NCBI RefSeq assembly: GCF_036365525.1
Contig: NC_090376.1
Span: 131,358,765-131,422,764, forward strand
DNA: 64,000 bases
Source of the DNA: Heterodontus francisci
Lineage: Eukaryota
Direction of reading: 5' to 3'
Shown here: in pieces, positions 25,378 to 38,049 of the stretch
Layout of the letters: each line of letters begins with the position of its first letter
Numbering within the stretch: position 1 is the stretch's first letter
Program-made: the position numbers and the translations under genes
Notes under the pieces: generated by a model
Databases searched by the model: none
Told to the model about the DNA's origin: nothing
The model's input: only the letters and a program-made list of their open reading frames with translations

Positions 25378-28231
25378 TAAAAAATAATAAACAAAAAATA
25401 ATGGGGCTCATTGTCTGAAATTATTGAACTCAATATTGAGTCCAGAAGGCTGTACAGTACCTAATTGGAAGGTGAAGTGCTGTTACTCGAGCTTGTGTTG
25501 ATGTTCACTACAACACTGCAGTAGGCCGAGGACAGAAATGTGGGCATGAGAACAAGGTGGTGAATTAAAATGGCAAGCAGCCAGAAGCTCGGAATCATGC
25601 TTGCGGACTGAGCGGAGGTGTTCTGTAAAGTGGTCACCCAATCTGCGTTTGGTCTCCCCAATGTAGAGGAGATCCCACTGTGAGCAGCAAATACAGTATA
25701 CTGAATAGAAAAAAATACTTCATCTGAAAGGAGTGTTTGGGGTTCTGGATGGTGAAGAGATAGGAGGTAAAAGGGTAGGTATTACACCTCCTGCGATTTC
25801 ATGGGAAGGTGCCGTTGGAAAGGGATGAGGTGTCGGGGGTGATGTTGGAGTGGACCAGAGTGTCGCGGAGGGAATGGTCACTTTGGAATGCTGGAAGATG
25901 CGTTTGGTAGTGGCATCACGCTGGAAATAGTGGAAATGGCAGAGGATGATCCTTTGGGTGTTTAAGCTGGTGGGGTGGAAAGTGAGGACAAGGCGAACCG
26001 TGTTGTAGTTCTGGGAGGGAGGGGAAGGGGTGAAGGCAGAAGTGTGAGAAATGGGTCAGACACAATCAAGGGCCCTGTCAACCACTGTGCGGGGGAATCC
26101 TTGGTTGAGGAAAGAGAAGAAATGTCAGAGGTGCTATTGTGGAAGGTTGCATCATCAGAACAGATACATTGGAGACAGAGAAACTGGGAAAATGGAATGG
26201 AATCCTTACAGGAGGCAGGGTGTGAGGACGTGTAGTTGAGGTAGCTATGGGAGTTAGTGAGCTTATAATAAATACTAGTGGACGGCCTATCCCCAGAGCT
26301 GGAGACAGAGAAATCGAGGAAGGGAAGGGAAGTGTCGGAGATGGACCATGTGAAGGTGAGAAAAGGGTGGAAATTGGAAGCAAAGTTGATGCAGTTTTCC
26401 AGTTTGGGGCAAGAACAGAAAGCGGCACCGATACAGTCATCAATATACCAGAAAGGAGTTGAGGAAGGTGACCTGAATAGGACTGGAACAAGGAATGTTC
26501 GACATGCCCCACAAAAAAACAGGCATAACTAGGACCCATGCAGGTACACGTAGGAACACCTTTTATTTGGAGGAAGTGAGTGGAGTTGAAGGAGAAGTTG
26601 TTTAATGTGAGAACAAGTTCAGTCAAGTGGAGGAGGGTGGTATTGGATAGGAACTGGTTGGGCCTCTGTTCAAGGAAGAAGCAGAAAGCCCTCAGACCAT
26701 CTTGATGTGGGATGGAGGTGTAGAGATTTTGGACGTCCATAGTGAAGAGGAGGTGGTTAGGGCCAAGAAACTGGAAACTGTCGAAATGATGTAGGGTGTC
26801 AGAAGAGTCACGGATGTAGGTGGGAAAAGACTGGACAAGGGGAGAAAAATAGAATCAACATAGGAAGAAATCGGTTCAGTGGGGCAGGAACAGGCTGAAA
26901 CGATGGGTTTACCAGGACAGTCCTGTTTGCAGATTTTGGGAAGAAGATAGAAATGGGCGGTTCAAGGTTGCGGGACTATGAGCTTGGAAGCTGTAGAGGG
27001 AAGATCTCCAGAGGAGATGATTTCAGTGACAGTCCTGGAGACAGTGGCTTGATGGTCGGTGGTGGGGTCTTTGTCCAGGGGGAGGTAGAAAGAAGTGTCA
27101 GAGTTGGCGCTCAGCCTCTGCAAGGTAGAGGTCAGTACATCAGACAACAGCATCACCCTTGTCAGCAGGTTTGATCACAATATCAGGGTTAGACCTGACA
27201 GAACGGCATGCAGCAAGTTCAGATGGGGACAGGTTAGAGTAAGTGAGGTGGGCAAAGAAATTAAGACAGCTGACAGTTTTCAATGAAAAGATCAAGAGCA
27301 GATTAGAGGCCAGAGGGAAGGTCCCACCCGGTAAAAGGAGAGCACTGGAGGTGGGTGAAAGGGTCCGCTGGTCGAGTGGAGGACTCCTGCGCAAAAAGTG
27401 AGCCCAGAGGTGAAGGCGACAGAAGAAAAGATCAACCTCGTGTCATGCGCAAAATTCACTGAGGTGGGGGACTAAGGGGATAAAATTGAATCACTTGCTA
27501 AGTACAGATCATTCAGCATCAGCGAGGGGAAAGTCAGAAGGTATTGTGAATACACAGCAAGGGGTGAGATCAGGGCAAGGGATGGGCTCAGAGAGAAGGG
27601 AAGGGGAAGAAAGATCTGAGGGGCGTTGGTACCTATAAGTTGCTGGAGCTTGCATTCCTTAACACCTGAAAGGAAGAGATAAAGTTTTTTGTTAATGCGT
27701 TGGATAAGGCGAAGAATGAAATTAAACTGCGGAGCAGAACAGCTTTGAGATAAGGTGAGGCAGTGCCTCTCGAGAGAGAGCTCGAGTGTGTACATGTTGC
27801 AGTGCATGGCACGGAATGTGGATCTCAGGATACGGTGAGAACAGCAGTCCGAGGAACGTTGTATGTCTCGGCGATACCTGTCAACCTGGGTAGATTTGAA
27901 ACATGAAGGATGAAACCCACATGGAATACGTCGGAGCCAGAGACAGTCGTTGAGGAAGGAGATGTGGCTGTGAAAACGAGCTTTAGCAGAAACCTTATCG
28001 AACATCAGGAGGGAAATGGAAAGCAATGAAGATGAACGAGGTAAAAGAAATAAAAGGAAATCCGGTCTGAGAGAAGAGCAGAACTTCTTTAAAAGGTAGG
28101 TATTCCTGGAAGAGAAGTAGCAGTGAATTAAACACTAAAATGACAGCAAAGTACTGTGGATGATGGAATTCTGAAATGAGAAGAGGAAATGCTGGAAATA
28201 TTCAATAGGTCTGGCAGCATCTGTGTAGAGA
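24982..28231 (-). mobile_element. Near full-length degenerate Penelope-like retroelement (RT + GIY-YIG endonuclease)
   Basis: Frameshifted ORF pieces DIVIKPADKGDAVV, MDVQNLYTSIPHQDG and LNNFSFNSTHFLQIKGV..MGPSYA, and VYCICC...LYIGETKRRLGDHF at ~25630-25700. Direct terminal repeats at both ends; ~14-bp TSD GAAGGAACGGCGAT (24968-24981) / GAAGGAACAGCGGT (28232-28245). Confidence 0.9.
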
Positions 28232-28745
28232 GAAGGAACAGCGGTCTTATCTTCCAGGCAGGTTGGTGTGTGACTTGGAGAAGAAGTCGCAGGTGGTAGT
28301 GTTCCCATGTGTCTACTGATCTTGTCCCTCTAGGCAGTACATGTCATGGGTTTGGGAGGTGCTGTTAAAGGTTGATTTGTCCTCGATAATGTTGAGCTTC
28401 TTGTGTGTTGTTAGAGCTGCACTCATCCAGGCAAGTGAACAGTATTCCATCACACTCCTGACTTGTGCCTTGTGATGGTGGACAGGCTTTGGGGAGTCAG
28501 GAGATGTATTATTCAATGCAGAAGACCCAACCTCTGACCTGCTCCTGTAGCCACAGTATTTATGTGGCTGGTCCAGTTATATTGCTGGTTAATGGTAACC
28601 CCCAGGATGTTGATAGTGGGGGAATTCAGTGATGGTAATGTTGTTGAATGTCACAGGGAGGTAGTTAGACATGCTCTTGTTTGAGATGTTAAGTACCTGG
28701 CACTTGTGTGGCATAAATGTTACTTTCCACTCATCAGTGCAAGCC
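28232..28745 (-). mobile_element. LINE 3' fragment (host of the Penelope insertion; its tail continues at ~24800-24981)
   Basis: KAQVRSVMEYCSLAWMSAA...KKLNIIEDK RT-thumb-like peptide; the uninterrupted tail is seen at ~41990-42300. Confidence 0.75.
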
Positions 28746-29461
28746 ATTAAGAAGAACCTGCGTCATTCATATCCCGTTATTTTCCCAGCAAATTCTTGTA
28801 AGATGGTTTATGGAATTTTAAGGGTCTAGAAAGAATAGAAATAGACAAAAAAATGCACAGCAGGACCCAAATGTAGCAGATAATTAATTCAATGTATTTC
28901 AACAGTGTTTGAAAAATCACATGATATTACATGCAATTCTGTCAATGGGAATTAGAATTGGTCTGTCACTTGCTAAAAATATTCAAGATGAATCAGAATA
29001 AATATTCAACATCTGTCACTATGACAAGAGTTTCTCTAAAGGAGAGGAAATATTAAAGATTAACTGAAATTTGGAGTGGTATCATTTTGCCCAATCATTT
29101 AAGCTGGCTATATACTAAGTATAGCTAATCCTTCACAAAATAATTAAATAGTAATATAGAAGAATTTTAAAATCTATGTCGTGTTCATCATTTCAATGTT
29201 TATTTAACAAAAAATTTAAAAAAAGGAGAAATTACCAGACAGCAGAATATCTAAGCAACTAATGGATCTTAGCCCAGAACTTAACGAGTTGACTTTTCAT
29301 AAATTTGTTCTTAGGCTATGCAAAATATTGGCAAGGCTGCAGTGAACTCCCATCCCTAAAGGCCCTGAGCAACTTTTTTTATTCAAATGAGTAGCTTGCG
29401 AGGTCACCTCAGAGGGCATGAAGAGTTGACCATGATTTTGTATCTGATATTGATTTTTAAA

Positions 29462-29753
29462 ATGCCTGAGCAGCTCTCAAGAACCATTATTCCACAACGT
29501 CGACAAGGTGATGAAGCAGTTTCACCACGACAACAACAGCTCCTTCAAGGCCACGAGCATTATGAACTCATTTGTGAACGATACGTTCAAATGGATCATC
29601 GGTGAGGCTTCCTGCCTGGCCCATGACAACAAGCGCCACAACATCAGCTTCTGGGAAATCCAGACCATTGCCTGCCTGCTACTGCCTGGGGAGCTGGTCA
29701 AGCATGCAGTGTCGGGTGGAGCAAAGGCAGTGACCAAGTATACCAGCTCCAAG
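29462..29753 (+). pseudogene. Orphan histone H2B pseudogene
   Basis: KVMKQFHHD...[31 protein letters not shown]...EIQT...[35 protein letters not shown] (MPE) at 29462 is out of frame, the N-tail is largely deleted, the stop is lost and no histone stem-loop is visible. Confidence 0.9.
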
Positions 29754-30639
29754 GAAATCTGCGCAATGCACTGAAAAATACCTAGAAACTACTAGATTTA
29801 TTGAATTGAGTTTCACACCTTGCTCTCGTTGAAGTGTTGAACTTGTGGCCTCTGGGTTGCTCTCCAGTACTGAACCATCCATGTTGGTTCGTGGTCAGGA
29901 GGGGAATGAATAATTATTGCAAACATACTGTAAATGTATTGTCAGTGATGCTTCATTAATAAATATGGATGTACAGTTGTTGAGAGTAATTGGATTGCCC
30001 CTCACTGCATTGCTGTTTGTAACAGCTTCAGCCAGTAAGCTCATTGATTAGAATTTCTCCTTACTAGGCAACACATACAGATACACTCTCTATAACATGT
30101 TTCGTCATACAACACACTTCCAAATACTGTTCCACAGCAGTTTTACATGACACTGTGAGCTCTCATCATATTCCCTGAAAATACACCATATTAGTATTGT
30201 TAAATAATAGGAATGCATTGGCAATTTAAAAAAAAAATTGTTAACAGACAAAAGCACCATACAAGGTATGAATAACTAGTGCACAATGCTGTCTGTTCTG
30301 GGCTGATGTGTCTATACTTCATGTTGAAAAGTCATCAATATAAGCACTTTCCTTTCCTATCATCATTTATTACTTGCCTTTTCTTTTCCTCCTCCTCTAT
30401 TCTTCTTGGGCTGAGACAAGCTGCTCCGAATCCTCAGACAATCCTGAAGAAATGTGTTAGTGTGCCCAGACTGACTTGTCTTCTGATTATCCCTCTCTCC
30501 ACATGGCAAAGTGCTTAACCTCCTCTCAGTCTCTCTGTATGGGAACACATTGTGCTCCTCATGGGAAATCAAGGGCACAAACCTGTGTCCTTGCACTCAG
30601 TTATCCATGTATTAGAAGGTATTCTCCACAGAGCAAAGG

Positions 30640-31010
30640 CAGTTAAGATTTAATTGAGGTGTTCAATATCATAAAGGGTTTTGCTGGAGTAGATAGGGAG
30701 AAACTCTTTCCACTGGCAGGAGGGTCGGTATCGAGGGCACAGATTTAAGTAATTGACAAAAAAGACAAGGGGTAGATGAGGAGAATTTCTTTCACTCAGT
30801 GAGTTGTTATGATCTGGAATGCACTGCCTGAAAGAGTGGTGGAAGCAGAATCAACAGTAACTTTTGAAAGAGAATGGGATCCTTACTTGAGAAGGAAAGA
30901 TTTGCAGTTCTATGGGGAAAGAGGCGGAGGGAGTGGGACTCATTTCTTCTCAATCTCTTTTCAAAGCCACAGGGACAATGGGCTCCTTCTATGCTGCATT
31001 ATTCTATAAC
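30640..31010 (+). mobile_element. CR1 LINE 3' fragment
   Basis: IWNALPERVVEAES..FEREWDPYL. Confidence 0.75.
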
Positions 31011-31519
31011 ATTGAGCTTTAAAGATATATTTAACCTCTGGGAAAATAAGGAGAGCAGCAAGGCTGCACAGACTGTCCCTGTTCAGCTGATGTGTTAACT
31101 GAGTGAGAAAAGAAATGTAGAGACTTATTCAGACAAAGGAGACCATGCAGGTTTATGCTGCTGTGATAGCACAGTTTGCTTCACAAACCACTGACCACCT
31201 CCAGGCGCTTACCCATTGTCTCTCGAGACTGGGAGGCTAAAGAAGAAGAAGATAGCACAGTCTAAGTCATCAACTGTCAGCACTTTAAAAGTGTTTCATT
31301 TAACACCACCAACATTTAAATGCAATATTGTTCATGCTGATTGCTCGAAGAGCTGTAACAGGGCATTAGCTTCTTATGTAATGTCCTATTATAGGTTTCT
31401 TTGACAGTAAACAGCAAGTGCAAGAAAATAATGTCGTCAGTCAGATGATCTTCATTTTCAAGCTGTGATCCGATTGTTTTCAACAGTAAAAGAAATATAC
31501 TGCTGGTCAGAGCTATATT

Positions 31520-31965
31520 GCTGTCAGCCATCACTCAGGGAGTCAGAAGGTGGTGGGTTTAAGTCCCACTTCAAACACTTGAGCATATAATCCACACTGA
31601 CACTTCAGTGCAGTACAGAGAAAGTGCTAAACTGGTGGAGATGCTGTCTTTTAGATGAGATATTAAACCGAGGCCCTGTCTATCCTCTCAACTGGAGGTA
31701 AAAGATCCCATGGCACTATTAGAAGAGCAGGGGAGTTCTCCCCAATGTCCTGTCCAATATTTATCACTCAACCAACATCACTAAAACAGTTTATCTGGTC
31801 ATCATTACATAACTGCTTATGGGATCTTGCTGTGTGCAAATTGCCTGCCGCGTTTCCTACATTACAACAGTGACTACACTTCAAAAGTACTTCACTGGCT
31901 GTGAAACATTCTGGGATGTCCTGAGACCGTGAAAAGTGCTTTAGAAATATAAGTGCTTTCATTTT
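31520..31965 (+). mobile_element. Deu-domain SINE
   Basis: tRNA-like head remnant, core GATGAGATATTAAACCGAGGCCCTGTC...GTAAAAGATCCCATGGCACTA, L2-like tail. Confidence 0.8.
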
Positions 31966-32082
31966 TTATTTGATCAAAGTGCTAAACGAATCAAAATATA
32001 GTTCCGCTGTTCTTCAGCTACTTAAAAATACATTTTACAGGTAGAATCAAGATGGATTAAAAAAATAATTGACAGGGCTGTA

Positions 32083-32690
32083 GGGCAGAATTTTATGCTG
32101 CCCTTGGAAGTGGGCATGGAGGCAGAGGGGCAAACAAAATGGCAAGGGGCGCATTCCCGACATTGCTCAGGCCCCCCCGTTACTTTATCCGGGATGGGGA
32201 AGGCCGAGAACAGCCTTCCCACCCCAGGCCAATTGAGGCCCCTAAGTAGCCACTTACGAGCCTCTCTCCGCCTCCACCTCAATTCTGCCACGGGGAGACA
32301 CTATCAGGTAAAGTGAGGTCAGTGTCTCCCTCTTTTGGGGTAGTTCAAGGCCTGCAGAAGCCCTCCCAGCGACGACTGTTGTCCTCCCCCAACTGGGAAA
32401 CACTCCCCACCCTCACCTGCCCCTCCCTCCACCCCGGCACCAGGGTCTGCCTGAATGGCCCCAGCGGCCCTGACTCCACTCACCTTTCCCAGGGTCTCCT
32501 TTGGTGCTGCAGAGCCTCCTGCAGTACCGGCAGTGCTACTGCTCCCAGTGGGGCTGCCAGTACTGCATAACTGCCGGCATTCTGATTGGCCGACAGCTCC
32601 GGAGGTGGGAGCTCTTGGCTGAGGCTTGGGTCTCCCCCCCACCTTCTGGCCCACTGCCAGGACCCCCGTCGCGAGAATAAAATGCAGCCC
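32083..32690. mobile_element. MITE (same TIR family)
   Basis: GGGCAGAATTTTA / TAAAATGCAGCCC termini, flanks GTA/TTA. Confidence 0.7.
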
Positions 32691-33199
32691 TTAGTTTAAA
32701 GGCCTTGGACCAATTTTGGAAAGACTCCAGTAGAGTCAGTCTTTACACCTGCAATTCTGCATTGATTCAGAGCTACCTTGTGGCCAACAATTGAGCTTTT
32801 TTGAGGGGTGGAGGAAGGCTGGGGGTGGGGGGGGGGGCGCAATTCCAATTCATCAGTTTAGCTGAGTTTGTGCCCTAAAACTTTGAATTTTCCGCCTTTG
32901 CTCCTGGTTATGAGTTTTTGAAGCAACAAAATATTTTCAGCAGTTAGAACTGTGAGATTGCAAGAATCACACTTGCCGCAATTCAGGATGGAGCAAAGAA
33001 AGAAAGCCTTCTTGACCAGCCCTCAGACTTGCAACATTTCCCTTCCGACAGCTTCAAACTGCCATAAGGAAATGTCATAAGTCCTGATGAGGCTCATGCT
33101 GTGCTTTTTTAAATTATCAACAAGAGAAGAGGATCTGCATAGGGGTCCAAAATCACAAGGTGACAGACTACAAGTTCTACAGCAAACTAGCCACTTGCA

Positions 33200-33490
33200 A
33201 CAGACCCAAACTACAAGCCCAGAAGAGGAGAGAGGTATGGAGGACTGACCTTTGCGAAGTGAAGGAGGACATTGACCCTCTTGCAACACTGGACACAGTT
33301 CCGGTGGGGTGGTGGTGGGGGGAGTGACCCCATGTCTGCTGACCTCCTCTGCAATCTCCATCTAGGTTCACTTGGTCAGGATCTCTTCTTGGCATGCCTT
33401 GGAAAGAGGACCTCCCAACTTTCCCTTGCAGCATGGACCTTCGATGGGGACTTATATATGTTAACTGCCAGGCCAGAACAACATCTGTCT
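33200..33490 (-). mobile_element. Harbinger Myb/SANT gene fragment
   Basis: HAARESWEVLFP, MEIAEEVSR and CCKRVNVLLHFAK|gtcagt resemble the trihelix protein exon at 13565-13660. Confidence 0.6.
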
Positions 33491-33529
33491 GATTCACAAA
33501 AGGCTCCTCCAATATTGGGTTCTAGCACT

Positions 33530-33970
33530 AAATTGTAACTCAACCTCCTCCAGCCCTCCACACTCCTGCAATTCTGGCCTCTCGGGATCCCTAATTATCA
33601 TCACTCCACCATTCACGAATGTGCCCTCAGCTGTTTAGGCCCCAGGCCCTGAAATTCCCTCCCTAAACCTCTCTACCTCTCTCTCCTTCTTTAGGATACA
33701 CCTTGAAACCTACCTCTTTGACCATGTTTTTGGTCACCTGTCCAAATATCTTCTGTGGCCTGGTGTCAGATTTTGCTTGTTGACGCTTCTGTGAAGCACC
33801 GTGGGACATTTTTCTAAGTTAAAGGTGTCTTGATTTTAAAATTTTCATCCTTGTTTTCAAATCCTTCCAGGACCACGCCCCTCCCTACCCAAAATCTCCT
33901 CCAGCCCTATAACCTCCAAGGTATCTTCAATTCTGGCGTCTTGCACATCGCTGATTTTCATTGCTCTATC
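33530..33970 (+). mobile_element. L2 LINE 3' fragments
   Basis: Similar to the reverse complement of L2 copies at 47845-48590 and 62320-63330. Confidence 0.65.
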
Positions 33971-34654
33971 ATTGTCAATTGTTTATTACTGCACAGGGAA
34001 GTGGAAATGAAGAGACAAAGGAGAAAAATTGTGAAGAACAGGGTCACTAGTAGCATCAGATACTTTCCAGATCTCAAAAGAATTTGTTTGCCATAAAAGA
34101 ATCCTTATTGAAAAGACTGATTTTCCATTGCACACCCACAGCTTGTGGGGATCAGGAAAATTACCATATTTTCTTAAATATGTGTGATATGGGGACTAGA
34201 GGGCATCATGAGTCAAACACTGCCCTTTTACTTCTGGATTTAATCTAAACTGATGGATGAAAGTATCCTCGCAATTCTGGCTGTAATTACTCCACATTAA
34301 ATGAGTTTGAGTGGTCTCACTTTTGTTCCTAAAGACCATTTCGCACAAAAAAAATCACCATTCATTTGCTACCAAACATTAGCTTGGTCAGTTGGGAGAA
34401 CTTGTCCCTGTGGCAGAACTTGTCCCTGTGGCAGAAGGTTATGGGTTCAAGCCTCACTCCTAGATTCAAGCAAAGCAGCAGGTGGACCTGCATGAGTGAT
34501 GACCATCACCTTAATACCCAGGCCCACTCAGACATGAACCTGGATAAATACCACTCAGGCAAAATGTAGCAACAACAAAGTAGTGGAGCATAAATTGCCT
34601 CGGGCTTCCAATTTTGGTTGGGTGTACTCATGGCAGCCACTCAGGTGAGATATT

Positions 34655-35316
34655 GGGCGAATTTTCCTGGACCATTGGTGACGTGTTGGGAGGTGCAAGG
34701 GCTGGTAACGTGTCGGGAGGGGAGCTTGACATCTTCCCGCCATCATGCCACACTGCCAGCAGTGGGAAAGTTGGCGGCTCGGCTGGCCAATTGTGCCAAT
34801 TAAGGGCCACTTCCTGCCTCTGCAGGCGTTTTACCCACATAGGGAGACCGCCCAGTGAAACCTGGCAGCCTCCCAGTGAGCTCCAGGGGTTGGGGAGTGC
34901 CCTTCTTTATGGACACTCCAAGGTCCATGGAGGGACCCCCTGGTAGCATGCTGCCCTTATGGCAAAGATGCCACAAGTGCTCCATGACCCTCAACACACT
35001 GCACCCACCCCCCACCCCCAACAATTGCTGGGGCCTGACTGCCAGGCCTCAGTTTCCCCAACCTACCTCAAATCTCTTTCAGGGTGCCCCACCATTGAGG
35101 TGCCCTCTCCTTGGAGCTGAAGCCTCAGCTGAGGTTGCTGAGCTGCAGGCCCTCCGATTGAGCCAGCAGCAGTTGGGGGTGGGTCGCCGTCCTCTTAATT
35201 GTCTGCCACCGGCAATATGCTGCTCCAGGTCCCACTCCCTGCCAAGACGGGGTGGGGGGGCCTCCCACCTTCAGCCCTGGCAATGGGACTTGCCATTACA
35301 TGGCAAAATTCAGCCC
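34655..35316. mobile_element. MITE (same TIR family)
   Basis: GGGCGAATTTT / AAAATTCAGCCC termini with an exact ATT/ATT 3-bp TSD. Confidence 0.75.
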
Positions 35317-35904
35317 ATTAAATCTGAGGCGTTTACCTCAATATCCCATAACATTACCATAAAAGAGCAGGGAATTCTCTCAATGTCCTGCCCAATATTT
35401 TTCTCACAGCAACCAATATCATCATAATAAACTGAATTGCTTGCTCATCTACTAGTGGGACTTTTCTGTTGGAAAATGGGCTGCTGCATTTACCTAGATA
35501 ATAACAATAACTGCACTTCAGAAATAATTCATTGATTGCCAAGTGCTTTGAGATGTCCCAGGGATGCAATAATACACTGTATAAATGCATGCCGTCTTAT
35601 TCAATTAACAAGAGAGCTTGTCTGATGCAATGGGGATGCTTTTCCAATAGTGCATTATGCAATTGAGAGAGTGCACCTGGTGACCATTGATTCGTTTTTA
35701 AAAAAAAATATGAAGCAGTCATTTCACATCAGTGGTTTAACCAGGCAGATTTTCTGTACGTTAACACACACAAACCAATTTTCCCTCCCCATCATGTATC
35801 CTTATTCCATAAAACTGCTAATTATGATGATATGTTACTCAGGAACCTAGGAACAGGAGTAGGCCATTCAGGCCCTTAGGCCGGTCCCACCATTCACAGG
35901 TCAA

Positions 35905-36510
35905 AGAAAGGCTTGCATTTATATAGTGCCTGTCACAACTTCCAGATGGCCCAAAGCGCTTAACAGCCAAGGAAGTACTTTTTGAACTGTACTCACTGTT
36001 GTAATGTAGGAAACGCAGCAGCCAATTTGTGCACAGCAAGATCCCACAAACACCAATGTGATAATGACCAAATAATCTGCTTTTGTTCTGATGAAAGGTC
36101 ACTGACCTGAAATGATAACTCCGCTTCTCTCCCCTCAGATGTTGCCAGACCTGTTGAGTATTTCCAGCACTTTGTTTTTATTTCAGATTTCCAGCATCTG
36201 TAGTATTTTGCTTTTAATCTACTTTTGTGATGTTGATTGAGAGATAAGTATTGGCCAGAACACCGAGGATAACTTCAATGCTCTTCTTTAAAATAGTGCC
36301 ACGGGTCTTTGACATCCACCTGAGGAAACAGACGGTGCCTCAGTTTAACATCCTCATCCAAAAGACAGAACCTCAAACCGTGCAGCACTTCCTCAGTACT
36401 GCACTGGAGTGTGGTCCTAGACTTTTGTGCTTAAGTGTCTGGAGTCAAACTTGAAATCAAAACCTCTGACTCAAAGGTGAGAGTGCTACCAACTGAGTCA
36501 CAACTGACAC
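35905..36510 (-). mobile_element. Deu-domain SINE interrupted by a Penelope-derived short element
   Basis: SINE sequence is continuous across the 36087-36214 insert. Confidence 0.8.
36087..36214 (+). mobile_element. Short Penelope-derived element with hammerhead-like motif
   Basis: TCTGATGA A AGGTC ACT GACCT GAAA; 14-bp TSD TAATCTGCTTTTGT (36073-36086) / TAATCTACTTTTGT (36215-36228). Confidence 0.8.
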
Positions 36511-38049
36511 ATGATACGTTACTGATGTGTATCTTAACTCCATCTACCTGCATCGGTCCCATAACCTTTAACAATCTCACCTGACAAAATTCTATCAATC
36601 TCGATATTGAAATTTTTCGATTGACTCCCAGCCTCAACATTTTTTGGGGGGTGGGGGGGTGGTGCATGGAAGAGGGGTCCTGATTTTTACTAGCCTTTGG
36701 GATACAACTTACCCATGGTATTTAACTATATTACATGTAAATTACAAATTTGAAATGGATTTAAGAATGAAACAATCCCAGATTTAGCTGTTAACATTTA
36801 GGTCATGAAGATCAGACCATCGCACCTCAGATGTTCTTGTTAAAGTAAGAAAATAGCAGATCGTGTCTGAGCACAAGTCTCTTTGGACATGCATACTTTC
36901 AAAATATCAAAAGTGACCACTTAAACTATAAAGTTTACCCAGTTAGGTAAATTAGCTCATTGACCACTTAGCTCAGAAATGAGTTGTGTCTTGATATTCT
37001 AGTGCAGGAGTGGAGTTGATCATTTTTCCTCACCAATCAGGGATAAAATCATTCAGTACAGAGACTTCTTTGGTAATCTATTTGGCAGCTGCTGACAGGA
37101 TAAGCCAAGAAAATCCCAGGTTTGATCCCCAGTTTGTGTGAAGATAACCGATCTTGGAAGGTATACTCGTAAAGGTAGTAGTGATGTTATAATTGTCTGC
37201 TCCGCCACTTGGTGCTGGAGCAAAATGGCAAAGGCCCCCTGCTAGAAGCACTGTATATACAACACACACAGTCCACGAGAAACAGGTTGCTGGAACTTTT
37301 CGGCTGTAATCATTGCATCATCTCTCAGATGACATGATCTGGCCATTAAGGCGAGCAGCAGTAGATAACTGTAAAAGTAAATAACTGTAAATAATATTAA
37401 ATAATTAGGCAGGATAGTGGAGCCTATGATCTGTACCCCAACAGAAAGTTAATGGCTTCAGGAAGAAAATTGGTGAAAAACTCCAACCCCCACACACTAA
37501 GTTTAAAGACCTCCAACGCCTTTCAAATTTCATCTTTCCTCACATTTGTGAATTATTTGTAATTCTCCACTCTCTTTGAAGCTCCCAGTAAGTATCATTC
37601 GCTAACTGAGAGATGAAGCAGATAACCCACCCCAAGGTCTCTTGCAATGGGACATTTGGCTCAGTTGTTGGTGGGGGGGTGGGGGTGTTTATGACATTAA
37701 TCAGGTGAATTAGGTGTTTCACCCTTCCAATTTCCTTCCTTGTATTAATTGCCTGGCATATGCAGAGTGCTCTTATTATTGGCACAGTTCAAATTGAGGG
37801 CTCATCATAAGGGGATTTGAGAGCATGAATCCATATCCTGCTGCAGCACCCTGGAGCATTAACAGTGCTATATCTGTTGTTGATAGCAACATAGATTCTG
37901 AAGTAGAAGATTCTATCTGAACAAGCTGCGATCCCATTGTTTTCAATTGTAGAAAAAAAACACAGCGCTGGCCACAGTTACACTGGTGCCAGCTGTGGCT
38001 CAGTGAATAGCATTCTCACCTCCAAGTCAGAAGGTAGAGTGGGGGAAGG

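Noticed and set aside
34397-34436. 18-bp tandem duplication (also a ~25-bp one at ~63762-63805)
   Set aside because: Ordinary slippage duplications inside repeat-derived sequence.
34855-35427. 190-aa ORF and other ORFs in GC-rich stretches
   Set aside because: They lie within MITEs; high GC suppresses stop codons and no domain signal is visible.
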